Assembly (NCBI GenBank): GCA_040754495.1
Contig: JBFMCO010000017.1
Coordinates: 1-31,273 of the forward strand
Length of the DNA: 31,273 nucleotides
Direction: 5' to 3'
From: Candidatus Micrarchaeota archaeon
Lineage (GTDB): Archaea; Micrarchaeota; Micrarchaeia; Anstonellales; Bilamarchaeaceae
Below are positions 17,678 to 26,098 of the stretch, one piece after another; the stretch's first letter is position 1; each line of letters opens with the position of its first letter. The position numbers and the translations under genes are program-made. The notes beneath the pieces are model-generated. The model ran no database searches. It was not told the DNA's origin and saw only the letters and a program-made list of their open reading frames with translations.

Positions 17678-18217
17678 CTAATCCGCGTGCCCGCCCTTCC
17701 CTTCCCCGTGGGCAGCTCCCCCGCGTATCTTCATGTAGGTGTGGTGGGAATAGAGCAGAAAATCCAGCATCGCGTCCACATACGCGCGGGCGGCCCGGAC
17801 ATCGTCCGCGTCATAGTCCCTTTTCTCCATGGCCTCCGCGAAACGGCCCTCGACTTCCTCCTTGACGGCATTCGAGAGCAGGGAGGTAACCTCGCCGCAG
17901 TTGCCGGTCCCGATGGCGCTCTCGGCCCTCGGAATGACCGGGCCGGTGTCGAGGCCGGCGGGCTTGAGGCCATTGTATGGCGCGCCCTCGCCTGCCCGGT
18001 GGAGGCGCACGACAGTCTCGAAGAACCAGAGGTCCGCGACCTCGGCCGCATCCGCCCCCTGCTTCCTGGCCTTCATGGCCTTGCCGAAAGCGGCCCGGAC
18101 TTCGCCCTCCGCCCCTTCATGCACCCATGGCAGGACCAGATTGACATTCCCCTTCTCAAGGGCCTTCATGGCGGCTTTCACCACAGGCCCGTCCAGCGTA
18201 TCGCAGTGCGGCGGCAT
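17678..18217 (-). CDS. DUF6448-like protein
   Basis: HCDTLDGPVV, FFETVVRLHRAGEGAPYNGLKPAG. GGTGA SD before ATG 18217. Confidence 0.85.
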   Translation of the reverse strand: MPPHCDTLDGPVVKAAMKALEKGNVNLVLPWVHEGAEGEVRAAFGKAMKARKQGADAAEVADLWFFETVVRLHRAGEGAPYNGLKPAGLDTGPVIPRAESAIGTGNCGEVTSLLSNAVKEEVEGRFAEAMEKRDYDADDVRAARAYVDAMLDFLLYSHHTYMKIRGGAAHGEGKGGHAD

Positions 18218-18326
18218 TTCATCACCCATCAGCCAACTGCACCGGCATTTAAATTTTCGACGATTGCAGAACATTCCGCTTGACTTCCGACAACATTTTA
18301 AAACTGGTGCCCGGCAACAAGGCCCT

Positions 18327-20042
18327 ATGGCGGCAGAAACAGGGCAGGAACCGGACTACGACTTTGAATCTGAGAAGGGGTTGAACCTCGTGAGGGTGCA
18401 GCTCGCCCCTTACAGCAGCATAACGGGAAGGGTATACAGGAAGGCGCCGTCATTCCCGATGGACTCGGATGCGAAATGGGGGTACTTCACCCCGATGGAC
18501 GGCTTCGTTCCGATAGACGCCATCGTCAACACCATGTTTTCGCCAGATGTGGATTACGGCGCATCAGGCTTCGAGGGCGTGAGGCTCCAGAGGACGAGGT
18601 ACGGGGACGGATTCATTGAGCTGGCATCCAATATCAGGAGGCTCGCGTACACGAACCTTGCCTTCGACCTCTCGCTTGTCAGCGGCACCATGGCGCTCTC
18701 GGACGGCTCCGACGTCGCAAGAATCGAGCACCTCCAGAGGACGCCGCAGGAATTTTTCGACGACGCACGGAGGAACCTCGAAAAGGACATAGAGATGGGC
18801 GTCGATATCGTCTTCAAGGACGGGAGCAGGAAAACCGCGAAGGTCCCCTTCCCCCTCACCGCGCGCTTTAGCGACGGGGACAGGAGCGTCATGCCGATGG
18901 AGTTCGAGGCCGCTATATGCTCGCTTGCCATCCTGAACCGGCTCGTCCGGGGAGGGGTTTTCCCGGAAAATGAGATAGGACTGATTCCGGGCGGCTACTT
19001 CAGGCCTGGCTTTTCCTATTCTGGCGTGGAGGGGCTCAAGGTGCCGACCGCGTACCTCAAGGACGGAAAACTGCTCTTCAGGCCCAAATACCTCAAGATA
19101 GGGACGCTGCCCTGGGGGCCGTATCTGCCGGAGCAGGGATACAGGACCGGGCTGGACGTCCTGGTAGCCCCGTTCCCCCGCGCGGACGGCGCGATGCCGG
19201 TCTGGCAGAAGGTGGGCGGCGTGTACGTGAATTCAGCAAGGAACATCAACATCGCGATGATGCTCAAGTTCGGCGAGATTCTGGCCTGCAACCACGAGGA
19301 CAGGATAGTCGAGGGCTCCGCGGAGAACATAGTCATCCTGCTCACCCACAGGGAAACGGGAAAGCTGAAGGCTTACTTCCCGCCGCTTTCCGCGAACATA
19401 CTTGCCGGCACGACGCGGGACCGGGTGTTGAGGGTCCTCGGGGAGGGGCTCAGCGCCGACGGGATGAAGGCGGAGCTGGTGATGGAGGCCCCGCGCAGGA
19501 GATACCTCCTGGACTGCCTCGAGGGCAAGACCAAGTGGGATGTTTCCGCGATCGTCCTCATGGGGACCGGCGTAGGCCTCATCCACGCGCGGTCGCTGAC
19601 GCACAACCCCGAGCTGAAAGACTGGATGGGCCTTAACGAGCTGCGCTCCGAAGAGGCGGCGGCGGACCCGATTATCCTCCGGAAAATCAGGGAAACGGAA
19701 AAGAGGTATCCCATAAACGGAGGCGTCCAGCACCCCTTCGTCGCCGCGCTCAAGAGGGCATATGCCGCCTACGCAATCGGGGACAACGGGAGCAGGATAA
19801 CGCCGGCATACGATATGGACTACCATATGGCCGAGAGGATTTTCGGGGTGGGCCTTGACGAGGTTTCGGACAGGGACTTCCGCTCGAAGGCGGATGGCGG
19901 CTACTTCAGGGAAAGGATAGACGGCGTAACCCACCCCGACGAGCTAAAGGCGAGATATAAGGAGGCAATCAGGGTAATAACGAAAATGAACCGGCTGTGC
20001 CAGGAAAGGAAGGGCGAGCCGGTCGCGTTTCCAAGAAGATAA
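18327..20042 (+). CDS. Extended class IV PLP aminotransferase (IlvE-like), 571 aa
   Basis: YGASGFEGVR, KVGGVYVNS (PLP Lys), EGSAENI, ILAGTTR, GTG. Start revised to ATG 18327, after a TTTTAAAA promoter. Confidence 0.85.
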   Translation: MAAETGQEPDYDFESEKGLNLVRVQLAPYSSITGRVYRKAPSFPMDSDAKWGYFTPMDGFVPIDAIVNTMFSPDVDYGASGFEGVRLQRTRYGDGFIELASNIRRLAYTNLAFDLSLVSGTMALSDGSDVARIEHLQRTPQEFFDDARRNLEKDIEMGVDIVFKDGSRKTAKVPFPLTARFSDGDRSVMPMEFEAAICSLAILNRLVRGGVFPENEIGLIPGGYFRPGFSYSGVEGLKVPTAYLKDGKLLFRPKYLKIGTLPWGPYLPEQGYRTGLDVLVAPFPRADGAMPVWQKVGGVYVNSARNINIAMMLKFGEILACNHEDRIVEGSAENIVILLTHRETGKLKAYFPPLSANILAGTTRDRVLRVLGEGLSADGMKAELVMEAPRRRYLLDCLEGKTKWDVSAIVLMGTGVGLIHARSLTHNPELKDWMGLNELRSEEAAADPIILRKIRETEKRYPINGGVQHPFVAALKRAYAAYAIGDNGSRITPAYDMDYHMAERIFGVGLDEVSDRDFRSKADGGYFRERIDGVTHPDELKARYKEAIRVITKMNRLCQERKGEPVAFPRR

Positions 20043-20047
20043 AAAAT

Positions 20048-22168
20048 TCAGGCCGGCTTCGAGGCTACGGCGACCTGGGCCTGGAGGAGCTTGAACTTGT
20101 CCTCCTCCACTCCCTTGGTCTTGACCTTCTTCCCGACATGCAGCACCTGTTCGCTCCTGGAGCTGTCGCGGTAGATGGTTATGCCCTTGCAGCCGTTCTT
20201 CCACGCGAGCATGTAGACGCCCTCCACGTCCTCGACGGTGGCCTCGGCCGGCATGTTTATGGTCTTGCTCACAGCCAGGTCCACGTTCTTCTGGAAGGCG
20301 GCCTGCATCAGCACGTGCGCGTCCGGAGCCATGTCGTGGGACACCCTGAACACGTTCTTGACGTCTTCAGGAATCTCGTCCATCTGGTGGATGGTGCCCT
20401 CTTCCATGACCTTCTGCATCAGCTCCTGGGAATAGAGGCCGCGGACTTTCAGCACCTGCTCGAAGATTTCGTCGCAGTAGTAGTACTGGCCTGCGCGCAC
20501 GGTCTTTAGGAACGAGAGCGCGAAGACCGGCTCTATGCCGCTCGATGAGTCCGCTATCATGGAGATGGTGCCAGTCGGGGCTATGGACGTGCAGGTCGCG
20601 TTGCGCATGGCGTCGTACTGCTCGGAGAGCGGGCTGTCCTTGAATGCCGGGAACGAGCCCCTCGCGCGGCCGAGCTCGTGGCTCATCTTGCGCGCCTCGT
20701 CCTCTATGAACCTCATGACCTCCTCGCCGACCTGGTAGCCGGCTTCCGAGTCGTATCGGATGCCCATCTTGAAGAGCATGCGCGCAAAGCCCATGACTCC
20801 GAGGCCTATCCTCCGGTTCTTCAGCGTCTGCTCGCGTATCTGGGGAATCGGGTACCTGTTCATGTCTATTACGTTGTCCAGGAACTGGAACGCGACGCGG
20901 ACCACGTAGCGGAGCCTGTCCCAGTCGATCTTCTTCTTCCAGTCGCTCTTGCTCCAGTCCAGCTCCACGAACCTGACCAGGTTGATGCTTCCGAGGTTGC
21001 AGGACTCGTAGTCCGGCATCGGCACCTCCCCGCAGGGGTTCGTCGCGTGGATTGGGTCGGTGGGGGTCGGGTTCTTCCTGTTAATCTCGTCTATGAAAAG
21101 GAGGCCGGGCTCTGCCGACTTCCACGCGCTGTACGCTATCAGCTTGAAGAGGCTCCTTGCGTTCACCTTGCGGAGCGGCGAGCCGTTCCTCGGGTTGAGG
21201 AGCTCGTATTCGCCGTTCGCCTCGACCGCCTGCATGAACTTGTCGTCGGCCATCACGCTGACGTTGAAGTTCTCCATCACGCCGGGCGTCTGCTTCATGG
21301 TGATGAATTCCTCTATGTCAGGGTGCCAGACGTGCATCGTGGCCATGTTCGCCCCGCGGCGCTTGCCCCCCTGCTTTATCACGTTCGTGGCGTTGTCGAA
21401 GGCGCTCATGAAGGATATCGGGCCGGATGCTATGCCGGCCGTGCTTTTCACGAAATCCCCCTTCGGGCGCAGGTACGAGAAGCAGAAGCCGGTCCCGCCG
21501 CCGGTCTTGTGGATGATGGCCTGGTGCTTCACCGACTCGAAGATGGCCTCTATGTCGTCCTTGACAGGGAGGATGAAGCACGCGGCAAGCTGGCCGAGCT
21601 CGTTCCCGGCGTTCATGAGCGTCGGCGAGTTCGGAAGGAACTCGAAGTTGGTCATGATCTCGAAGAACGCGTCCTCGTAGTATTTCACGGTCGCGTCATC
21701 CGCGCCGTAGTTGTACTCGTTCGAGGCCAGGTGGCGGGCGACGCGCCTGAAGAGCTGGCTCGGCGTCTCGATGACCTTCCCGTTCTCGTCGCGGAGAAGG
21801 TAGCGCTTCTCAAGCACCTGGATGGAGTTGAGGGGGAGCTTCAGGTCGTCCGACACGCCGAGGGCCTTTTTCATCTCGCGCTCGATGTTCTTCCTGTGCC
21901 GGTAAAGTATGTACGATTTGGCCGTCGTCGCATGGCCGGTCTCGATGAGGGCCTTCTCGACGAGGTCCTGCACCTCTTCGACGGTGGGAACGTAGTCCTC
22001 CTTGAATTTCTCGTTGATGTACTGCACGACGCGGTCGGCCACGCGCCCGGATTCCGCGCGGTCGCTTCCGCCCACGGACTGCGCCGCCTTGAATACAGCG
22101 TTGACGATTTTCTCTTTGTCGAAATCGACGACCGACCCATCCCTTTTCCGTATCTTTTTTACCGCCAT
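20048..22168 (-). CDS. nrdJ: Class II (adenosylcobalamin-dependent) ribonucleotide reductase with N-terminal ATP-cone
   Basis: KIRKRDG...FDKEKI ATP-cone, PNSPTLMNAG, ACF, GGGTG, TNPCGE, RRIGLGVMG, IAPTGTIS, SKTIN, KGITIYRD. Confidence 0.95.
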   Translation of the reverse strand: MAVKKIRKRDGSVVDFDKEKIVNAVFKAAQSVGGSDRAESGRVADRVVQYINEKFKEDYVPTVEEVQDLVEKALIETGHATTAKSYILYRHRKNIEREMKKALGVSDDLKLPLNSIQVLEKRYLLRDENGKVIETPSQLFRRVARHLASNEYNYGADDATVKYYEDAFFEIMTNFEFLPNSPTLMNAGNELGQLAACFILPVKDDIEAIFESVKHQAIIHKTGGGTGFCFSYLRPKGDFVKSTAGIASGPISFMSAFDNATNVIKQGGKRRGANMATMHVWHPDIEEFITMKQTPGVMENFNVSVMADDKFMQAVEANGEYELLNPRNGSPLRKVNARSLFKLIAYSAWKSAEPGLLFIDEINRKNPTPTDPIHATNPCGEVPMPDYESCNLGSINLVRFVELDWSKSDWKKKIDWDRLRYVVRVAFQFLDNVIDMNRYPIPQIREQTLKNRRIGLGVMGFARMLFKMGIRYDSEAGYQVGEEVMRFIEDEARKMSHELGRARGSFPAFKDSPLSEQYDAMRNATCTSIAPTGTISMIADSSSGIEPVFALSFLKTVRAGQYYYCDEIFEQVLKVRGLYSQELMQKVMEEGTIHQMDEIPEDVKNVFRVSHDMAPDAHVLMQAAFQKNVDLAVSKTINMPAEATVEDVEGVYMLAWKNGCKGITIYRDSSRSEQVLHVGKKVKTKGVEEDKFKLLQAQVAVASKPA

Positions 22169-22313
22169 GGTATCACCAATCCTCTCCCCCGCCTGAAGGA
22201 GGCCCGAGAATCCGCCTCAAGAATTTCGGGCTAGGTCATTTCTTGCGGAAGAAATTTAAATGTGGCATTTCACGTCGAAAAGCATCGCACACCAATAATA
22301 CACCGATGCCGAC

Positions 22314-22327
22314 TTAGGCAAGCCTAA
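22314..22327. promoter_or_regulatory. Palindrome TTAGGCAAGCCTAA upstream of nrdJ (DtxR/MntR-type box-like)
   Basis: Perfect 6-bp arms; TTAGG-N4-CCTAA pattern, about 53 bp upstream of ATTTAAAT at 22254-22261. Confidence 0.4.
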
Positions 22328-22338
22328 ATAGAGGAGCG

Positions 22339-22866
22339 TCAGGCGGATTTCCTGAGCGCGAAAAGCGCGCCGAAGCCGCCCACAACGAAATTTATGGTGC
22401 TTCCGATTACAAGCATCCCGAAGCCGCAGAGGGCAGAAAGGGCGACACCGCTGAGGCCGGTCATCCCCCCGAAAAGGGACGAAGCCAGAACCATCTCGGT
22501 GGAGCCGAACCCGGTGCCGCCGAGCGGCCTGCTCACGACCACGACCGCGAGCACTATGTTCAGCAGCCTCTCGATGAAGCCTACGACGAAGTACGAGAAT
22601 GCCGCGACACCGCCGGCGCCGACGAGGTCGAACTGGTAATTCTTCGCGGCGCGCATCCCGGTCCAGAAGAAAAGGGCGAGGAAGATGGGGAACAGGACGA
22701 TGGCGTATGCCGAGCTGGCAAGGTCGATGATTTCGCCGGTCGAATCCGATATCGCCAGCGAGAGGAGCTGGAGGATGATTGAAATGAACGCGAGCACGAG
22801 CCCGCCAGCAATGCTCAGGAAGGAAGCAACTAGCAGCTTCTTGAAATCGAACCCCTGTTTAGCCAT
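22339..22866 (-). CDS. Integral membrane protein (~4 TM)
   Basis: Four long hydrophobic Gly/Ala-rich segments. GGTGA SD. Confidence 0.8.
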   Translation of the reverse strand: MAKQGFDFKKLLVASFLSIAGGLVLAFISIILQLLSLAISDSTGEIIDLASSAYAIVLFPIFLALFFWTGMRAAKNYQFDLVGAGGVAAFSYFVVGFIERLLNIVLAVVVVSRPLGGTGFGSTEMVLASSLFGGMTGLSGVALSALCGFGMLVIGSTINFVVGGFGALFALRKSA

Positions 22867-22930
22867 CCGGTCACCTGGATTGGGCTAAACATGCAAAATT
22901 TATAAATGAAAGCCGCGTTTTCGGGGCAAT

Positions 22931-24616
22931 TCAGCATGAATGGATGAAGGTCAGGGGCTCCAACTTGTCAAGCCTGCAGAACCCGAAGCGCTCGAACTGG
23001 ACGATGCCCCCTGCCGCGAGGGGCGCGCACGAAGGCTCGCAGAATCCCTTCGACTCGTGCAGGCTCTCCGGGTTGATTTCGCCTTTTGAATCGAGAAGGT
23101 CTCCCGGCGTGACGACCGTGCACTCAATTCGCCCGTCGCTCACCCACTGGAGCTTTTTCTCTACCGTCGAATCCGGTGCGAGCTCGCCGAGCAGCCTTTC
23201 GCCTTTTTTGAGGAGCTTCACGTTGCAGAGGTCTTTCAGGCGGAATATTTCCCCTTCAGCCAGGTTCCTGGCATCCGCGCCTGGGATGAATACGTTGCCG
23301 GAAACCGGCAGGCTCCGGATTCCCATGTCTTTCTTCGGGTGGAGCTTCAGCTCAATCGTCTTCTTTTCCAGCCCCTTCACTTCAAGGGCCACCGGCTCAG
23401 GGACGAAGAAGTAATGCGGCGAAACCGGGTCGAGCAGCTTCCGGTTCTCCGCAAGCAGCGCCTCCCAGTCCGGCTCGCTCTCTACTTTCGAGATGCCGAA
23501 GGAGAGGACGAATTCCCTTATCGCCTCGGGAAGGATGCCGCGCCGGGCGAGCCCCTTCAGCGTGGGCATCCGGGGGTCGTCCCAGCCCCAGAGCTTTCCG
23601 CTTTCGACAAGCGGGCGAAGCAGGCGCTTGCTTATCGGCGCGTTCTTTATGCTGAGCCTGGAGATGGATATCATTTTCGGGACAGTAAGCCCGAGCTTTT
23701 GGAGCAGGAAAACGTAGAGCTCGTCGCGCAGCTCGTACTCCTTAGAGCGTATTGGGTGCGTGATGCCGAGCAGGGAATCCATGACCGCGCCCTGGAAGTC
23801 GTATGTGGGCCAGACGCGGTATTTTTTCCCCTGCCGGTAGTGCGGCGCCGTGAGTATCCGGAAGAGCGTGGGGTCCCTCATGACCGTGTTCTGGGATGCC
23901 ATGTCCCCCCTGAGGCGGACGGTAGCGCCGCCTTCCGGGGTCTTCCCTGAAAGCATGTCCGCCCAGCCTGCAAGGTTATCAGCCGGCTTTTTCGAGCCGC
24001 ACGCGCAGCGCCTCATCTCCTCGCGGCCCTTGGAGATTTCCTCCTGCGCGCAGGTGCAGACGCAGCCCTCCCCGTCCTTCAGGAGCTTCTCGCAGAGGGA
24101 ATACATCTGCGGAAGGTAGTCGCTGCAGTATTTCTCGTCGTCCCAGTCCAGGCCGAGCCACGTCATGCCGTCCCTTATCGCGGCGGTGTATTCCTCCTTC
24201 TCTGCCTCGGGATTGGTGTCGTCCCACCTCAGTATGGCGCGGCCATTGTATCTCCTCGCAATCGTCCATGAGAGGCAGAACGCCTTGGCATGGCCGATGT
24301 GCGGGTAGCCGTTCGGCTCGGGCGGGAACCGCGTCACGACCCTGCCTTCCACAGCGCCCTCGATTGCGAGCTCTTTCTTCCCCTCTTTTTTCTCCGCGTA
24401 CTCGAATCCGGACATCTCCTTCTCGATGTCGCCCTTCTGGAGCTTTGATACGCGCGCGATTTCCGCGCTGATTTTCGCCATCGTGGCCTTCATATCCTTC
24501 TTGCAGTCCGGGAATTCGGCTATGACCTTGCCGACTACGGCGCCGGCATTGGCCCTGCCGTAGTCGAAGGCGTTCTTGAGGACGTGCTTGCGTATGATTG
24601 AGTCTAAGTCGGGCAT
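22931..24616 (-). CDS. gltX: Glutamate--tRNA ligase (archaeal type)
   Basis: RFPPEPNGYPHIGH (HIGH), WPTYDF, ISKR, DDPRMPTL.GL.RRG, QFERFGF. Confidence 0.96.
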   Translation of the reverse strand: MPDLDSIIRKHVLKNAFDYGRANAGAVVGKVIAEFPDCKKDMKATMAKISAEIARVSKLQKGDIEKEMSGFEYAEKKEGKKELAIEGAVEGRVVTRFPPEPNGYPHIGHAKAFCLSWTIARRYNGRAILRWDDTNPEAEKEEYTAAIRDGMTWLGLDWDDEKYCSDYLPQMYSLCEKLLKDGEGCVCTCAQEEISKGREEMRRCACGSKKPADNLAGWADMLSGKTPEGGATVRLRGDMASQNTVMRDPTLFRILTAPHYRQGKKYRVWPTYDFQGAVMDSLLGITHPIRSKEYELRDELYVFLLQKLGLTVPKMISISRLSIKNAPISKRLLRPLVESGKLWGWDDPRMPTLKGLARRGILPEAIREFVLSFGISKVESEPDWEALLAENRKLLDPVSPHYFFVPEPVALEVKGLEKKTIELKLHPKKDMGIRSLPVSGNVFIPGADARNLAEGEIFRLKDLCNVKLLKKGERLLGELAPDSTVEKKLQWVSDGRIECTVVTPGDLLDSKGEINPESLHESKGFCEPSCAPLAAGGIVQFERFGFCRLDKLEPLTFIHSC

Positions 24617-24650
24617 GGAGGAATAGTTATGGGATGAGTTTTAAGAGATT

Positions 24651-25457
24651 TCACTTGCCCGCGATGAGGGCGCCCTTGTGGTAAATCCTGCCGTCCCCGA
24701 TACAGTCGGAAACCTCTCCCAGCTCGCCGTCAAGGTGTATCTCCCCGGCCTTCATGTAGCCCCCTATGTTCTTCCCGGGCTTGCCCATCAGGCGGATGGT
24801 ACCGCCTTCCATCATGCTTCCCAGCGCATGGCCGGCATTCCCTTTCACCACCAGTTCGCCGCCCTCCAGATGCCCCGCTCCAAAGCCAGCGTTTCCTTCA
24901 ACGATGATAAGTCCGCCTGCCATCCTGTGCGCGGGATGGTCGCCTGCATCGCCTTCAACCACGATGCTCCCGCCAGCCATCCCATAACCCAAGCACTCCC
25001 CGATGCCGCCTTCGATGATGACGTTCTTCACGTTCTTGTAGCCGAAGTCGTGCATGGGCGCCGAAAGATGCTTTGTCGGAATGATATACGCGATGTCCGG
25101 CCCGCAATTCACAAGGGCGCTCAGGAAAAGCCCGGCCTTTTTCGGGAACTCCGGGCGGTCATCATAGGCGGAAAGGGCGATGCAGAACTTCTTCACGTCC
25201 TGCGGCGTGTATGCGATGCCTTTCAGAAGCTCGCAGGCCTGCGCATACGGCTCTTCGAGCACCTCGAGCGTCTGGTCGGGGTAGGCGCAATCGAATTTCT
25301 CGAACGCTCCCATGAGGCGGGCAAGCGCCTGGTCTTCCTTGACTTCGACGTTCTGGACCGCCTTTTCGGCCTCCTTCCTGAACCTGCCGAAGCGGCTCGC
25401 CGCGCGCGTCATGTGCAGGCCGGTTCCCTCTGCCGCCCTTAATTGGTACTGAGTCAT
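24651..25457 (-). CDS. GXGXG beta-helix repeat protein #3 (FwdC / GltB C-terminal-like repeat)
   Basis: About 5-6 19-aa repeats (IVVEGDAGDHPAHRMAGG...). ATGA overlap with the upstream paralog. Confidence 0.85.
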   Translation of the reverse strand: MTQYQLRAAEGTGLHMTRAASRFGRFRKEAEKAVQNVEVKEDQALARLMGAFEKFDCAYPDQTLEVLEEPYAQACELLKGIAYTPQDVKKFCIALSAYDDRPEFPKKAGLFLSALVNCGPDIAYIIPTKHLSAPMHDFGYKNVKNVIIEGGIGECLGYGMAGGSIVVEGDAGDHPAHRMAGGLIIVEGNAGFGAGHLEGGELVVKGNAGHALGSMMEGGTIRLMGKPGKNIGGYMKAGEIHLDGELGEVSDCIGDGRIYHKGALIAGK

Positions 25458-26098
25458 ATGAGAACACCCCGATGATAAATGCGCCCGCCTTCCGTATTCA
25501 TCCCGAGGCCCTCCATCTTCCCAAGGACGCTTATGCTGCCCCCGCTCATTCCCTCGCCGAGGAAAGGCCCGGAATCGCCGCTTATTACTATTGAGCCGCC
25601 GGACATGTACGCCCCGGCCTCCTTTCCCGCGTTCCCGCGCACGAGCAGGCGGCCTTTTTTCATGAAGGCGCCAAGGCTTTCGCCCGCATCGCCGTAGACT
25701 ATGAGGTTCTTCTCGTTGTAGCAGCCGAGGCATTCGTAACCCGTGGAATAGACACGATACGTGCGCGATGGGCCGGTGTTGGCAAGCGCGCTTAGGAACA
25801 TGCCTGCGATTTCAAGCTGGCGGGTGATGCCGCTGAGAGCGATGCTAAAATCAGCCACCTCGCGGGGCGAGCACTGGAGGCCGCGGACACGGTCCTCGAT
25901 GATGGGATAGTTGTCAAGGAAAAAACCCCAGCCGAACCGCAGGCTGCTCCATAGCGACAGGATGGCTTCGAACCTTTCGCTCCGGCTGACGGAGGGCGCC
26001 CCTGCGCGGCCCTCGGCCTCGGGCTTGTAGCCGCCGAATTTCTTGCCGGCTGCCAGCTCCGATGGACCAGCGCCTTCTCGACCAACAAGTGCCCTCAT
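25454..26098 (-). CDS. GXGXG beta-helix repeat protein #2
   Basis: LIVYGDAGESLGAFMKKGRLLVRGNAGKEAGAYMSGG... repeats. ATGA overlap with the VWA gene stop. Confidence 0.85.
   Translation of the reverse strand: MRALVGREGAGPSELAAGKKFGGYKPEAEGRAGAPSVSRSERFEAILSLWSSLRFGWGFFLDNYPIIEDRVRGLQCSPREVADFSIALSGITRQLEIAGMFLSALANTGPSRTYRVYSTGYECLGCYNEKNLIVYGDAGESLGAFMKKGRLLVRGNAGKEAGAYMSGGSIVISGDSGPFLGEGMSGGSISVLGKMEGLGMNTEGGRIYHRGVLI

Noticed and set aside
17829-18326. First 166 codons of the 737-aa ORF
   Set aside because: They overlap the DUF6448-like gene on the opposite strand, and a promoter-like tract precedes ATG 18327.
20048-22168. Intein in NrdJ
   Set aside because: Length and motif spacing are normal, and I found no inserted C/S...HN-C/S/T splicing element.
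22288-22305. NrdR box upstream of nrdJ (ACACCAATAATACACC)
   Set aside because: It lacks the palindromic right half of the NrdR consensus and there is no tandem second box.
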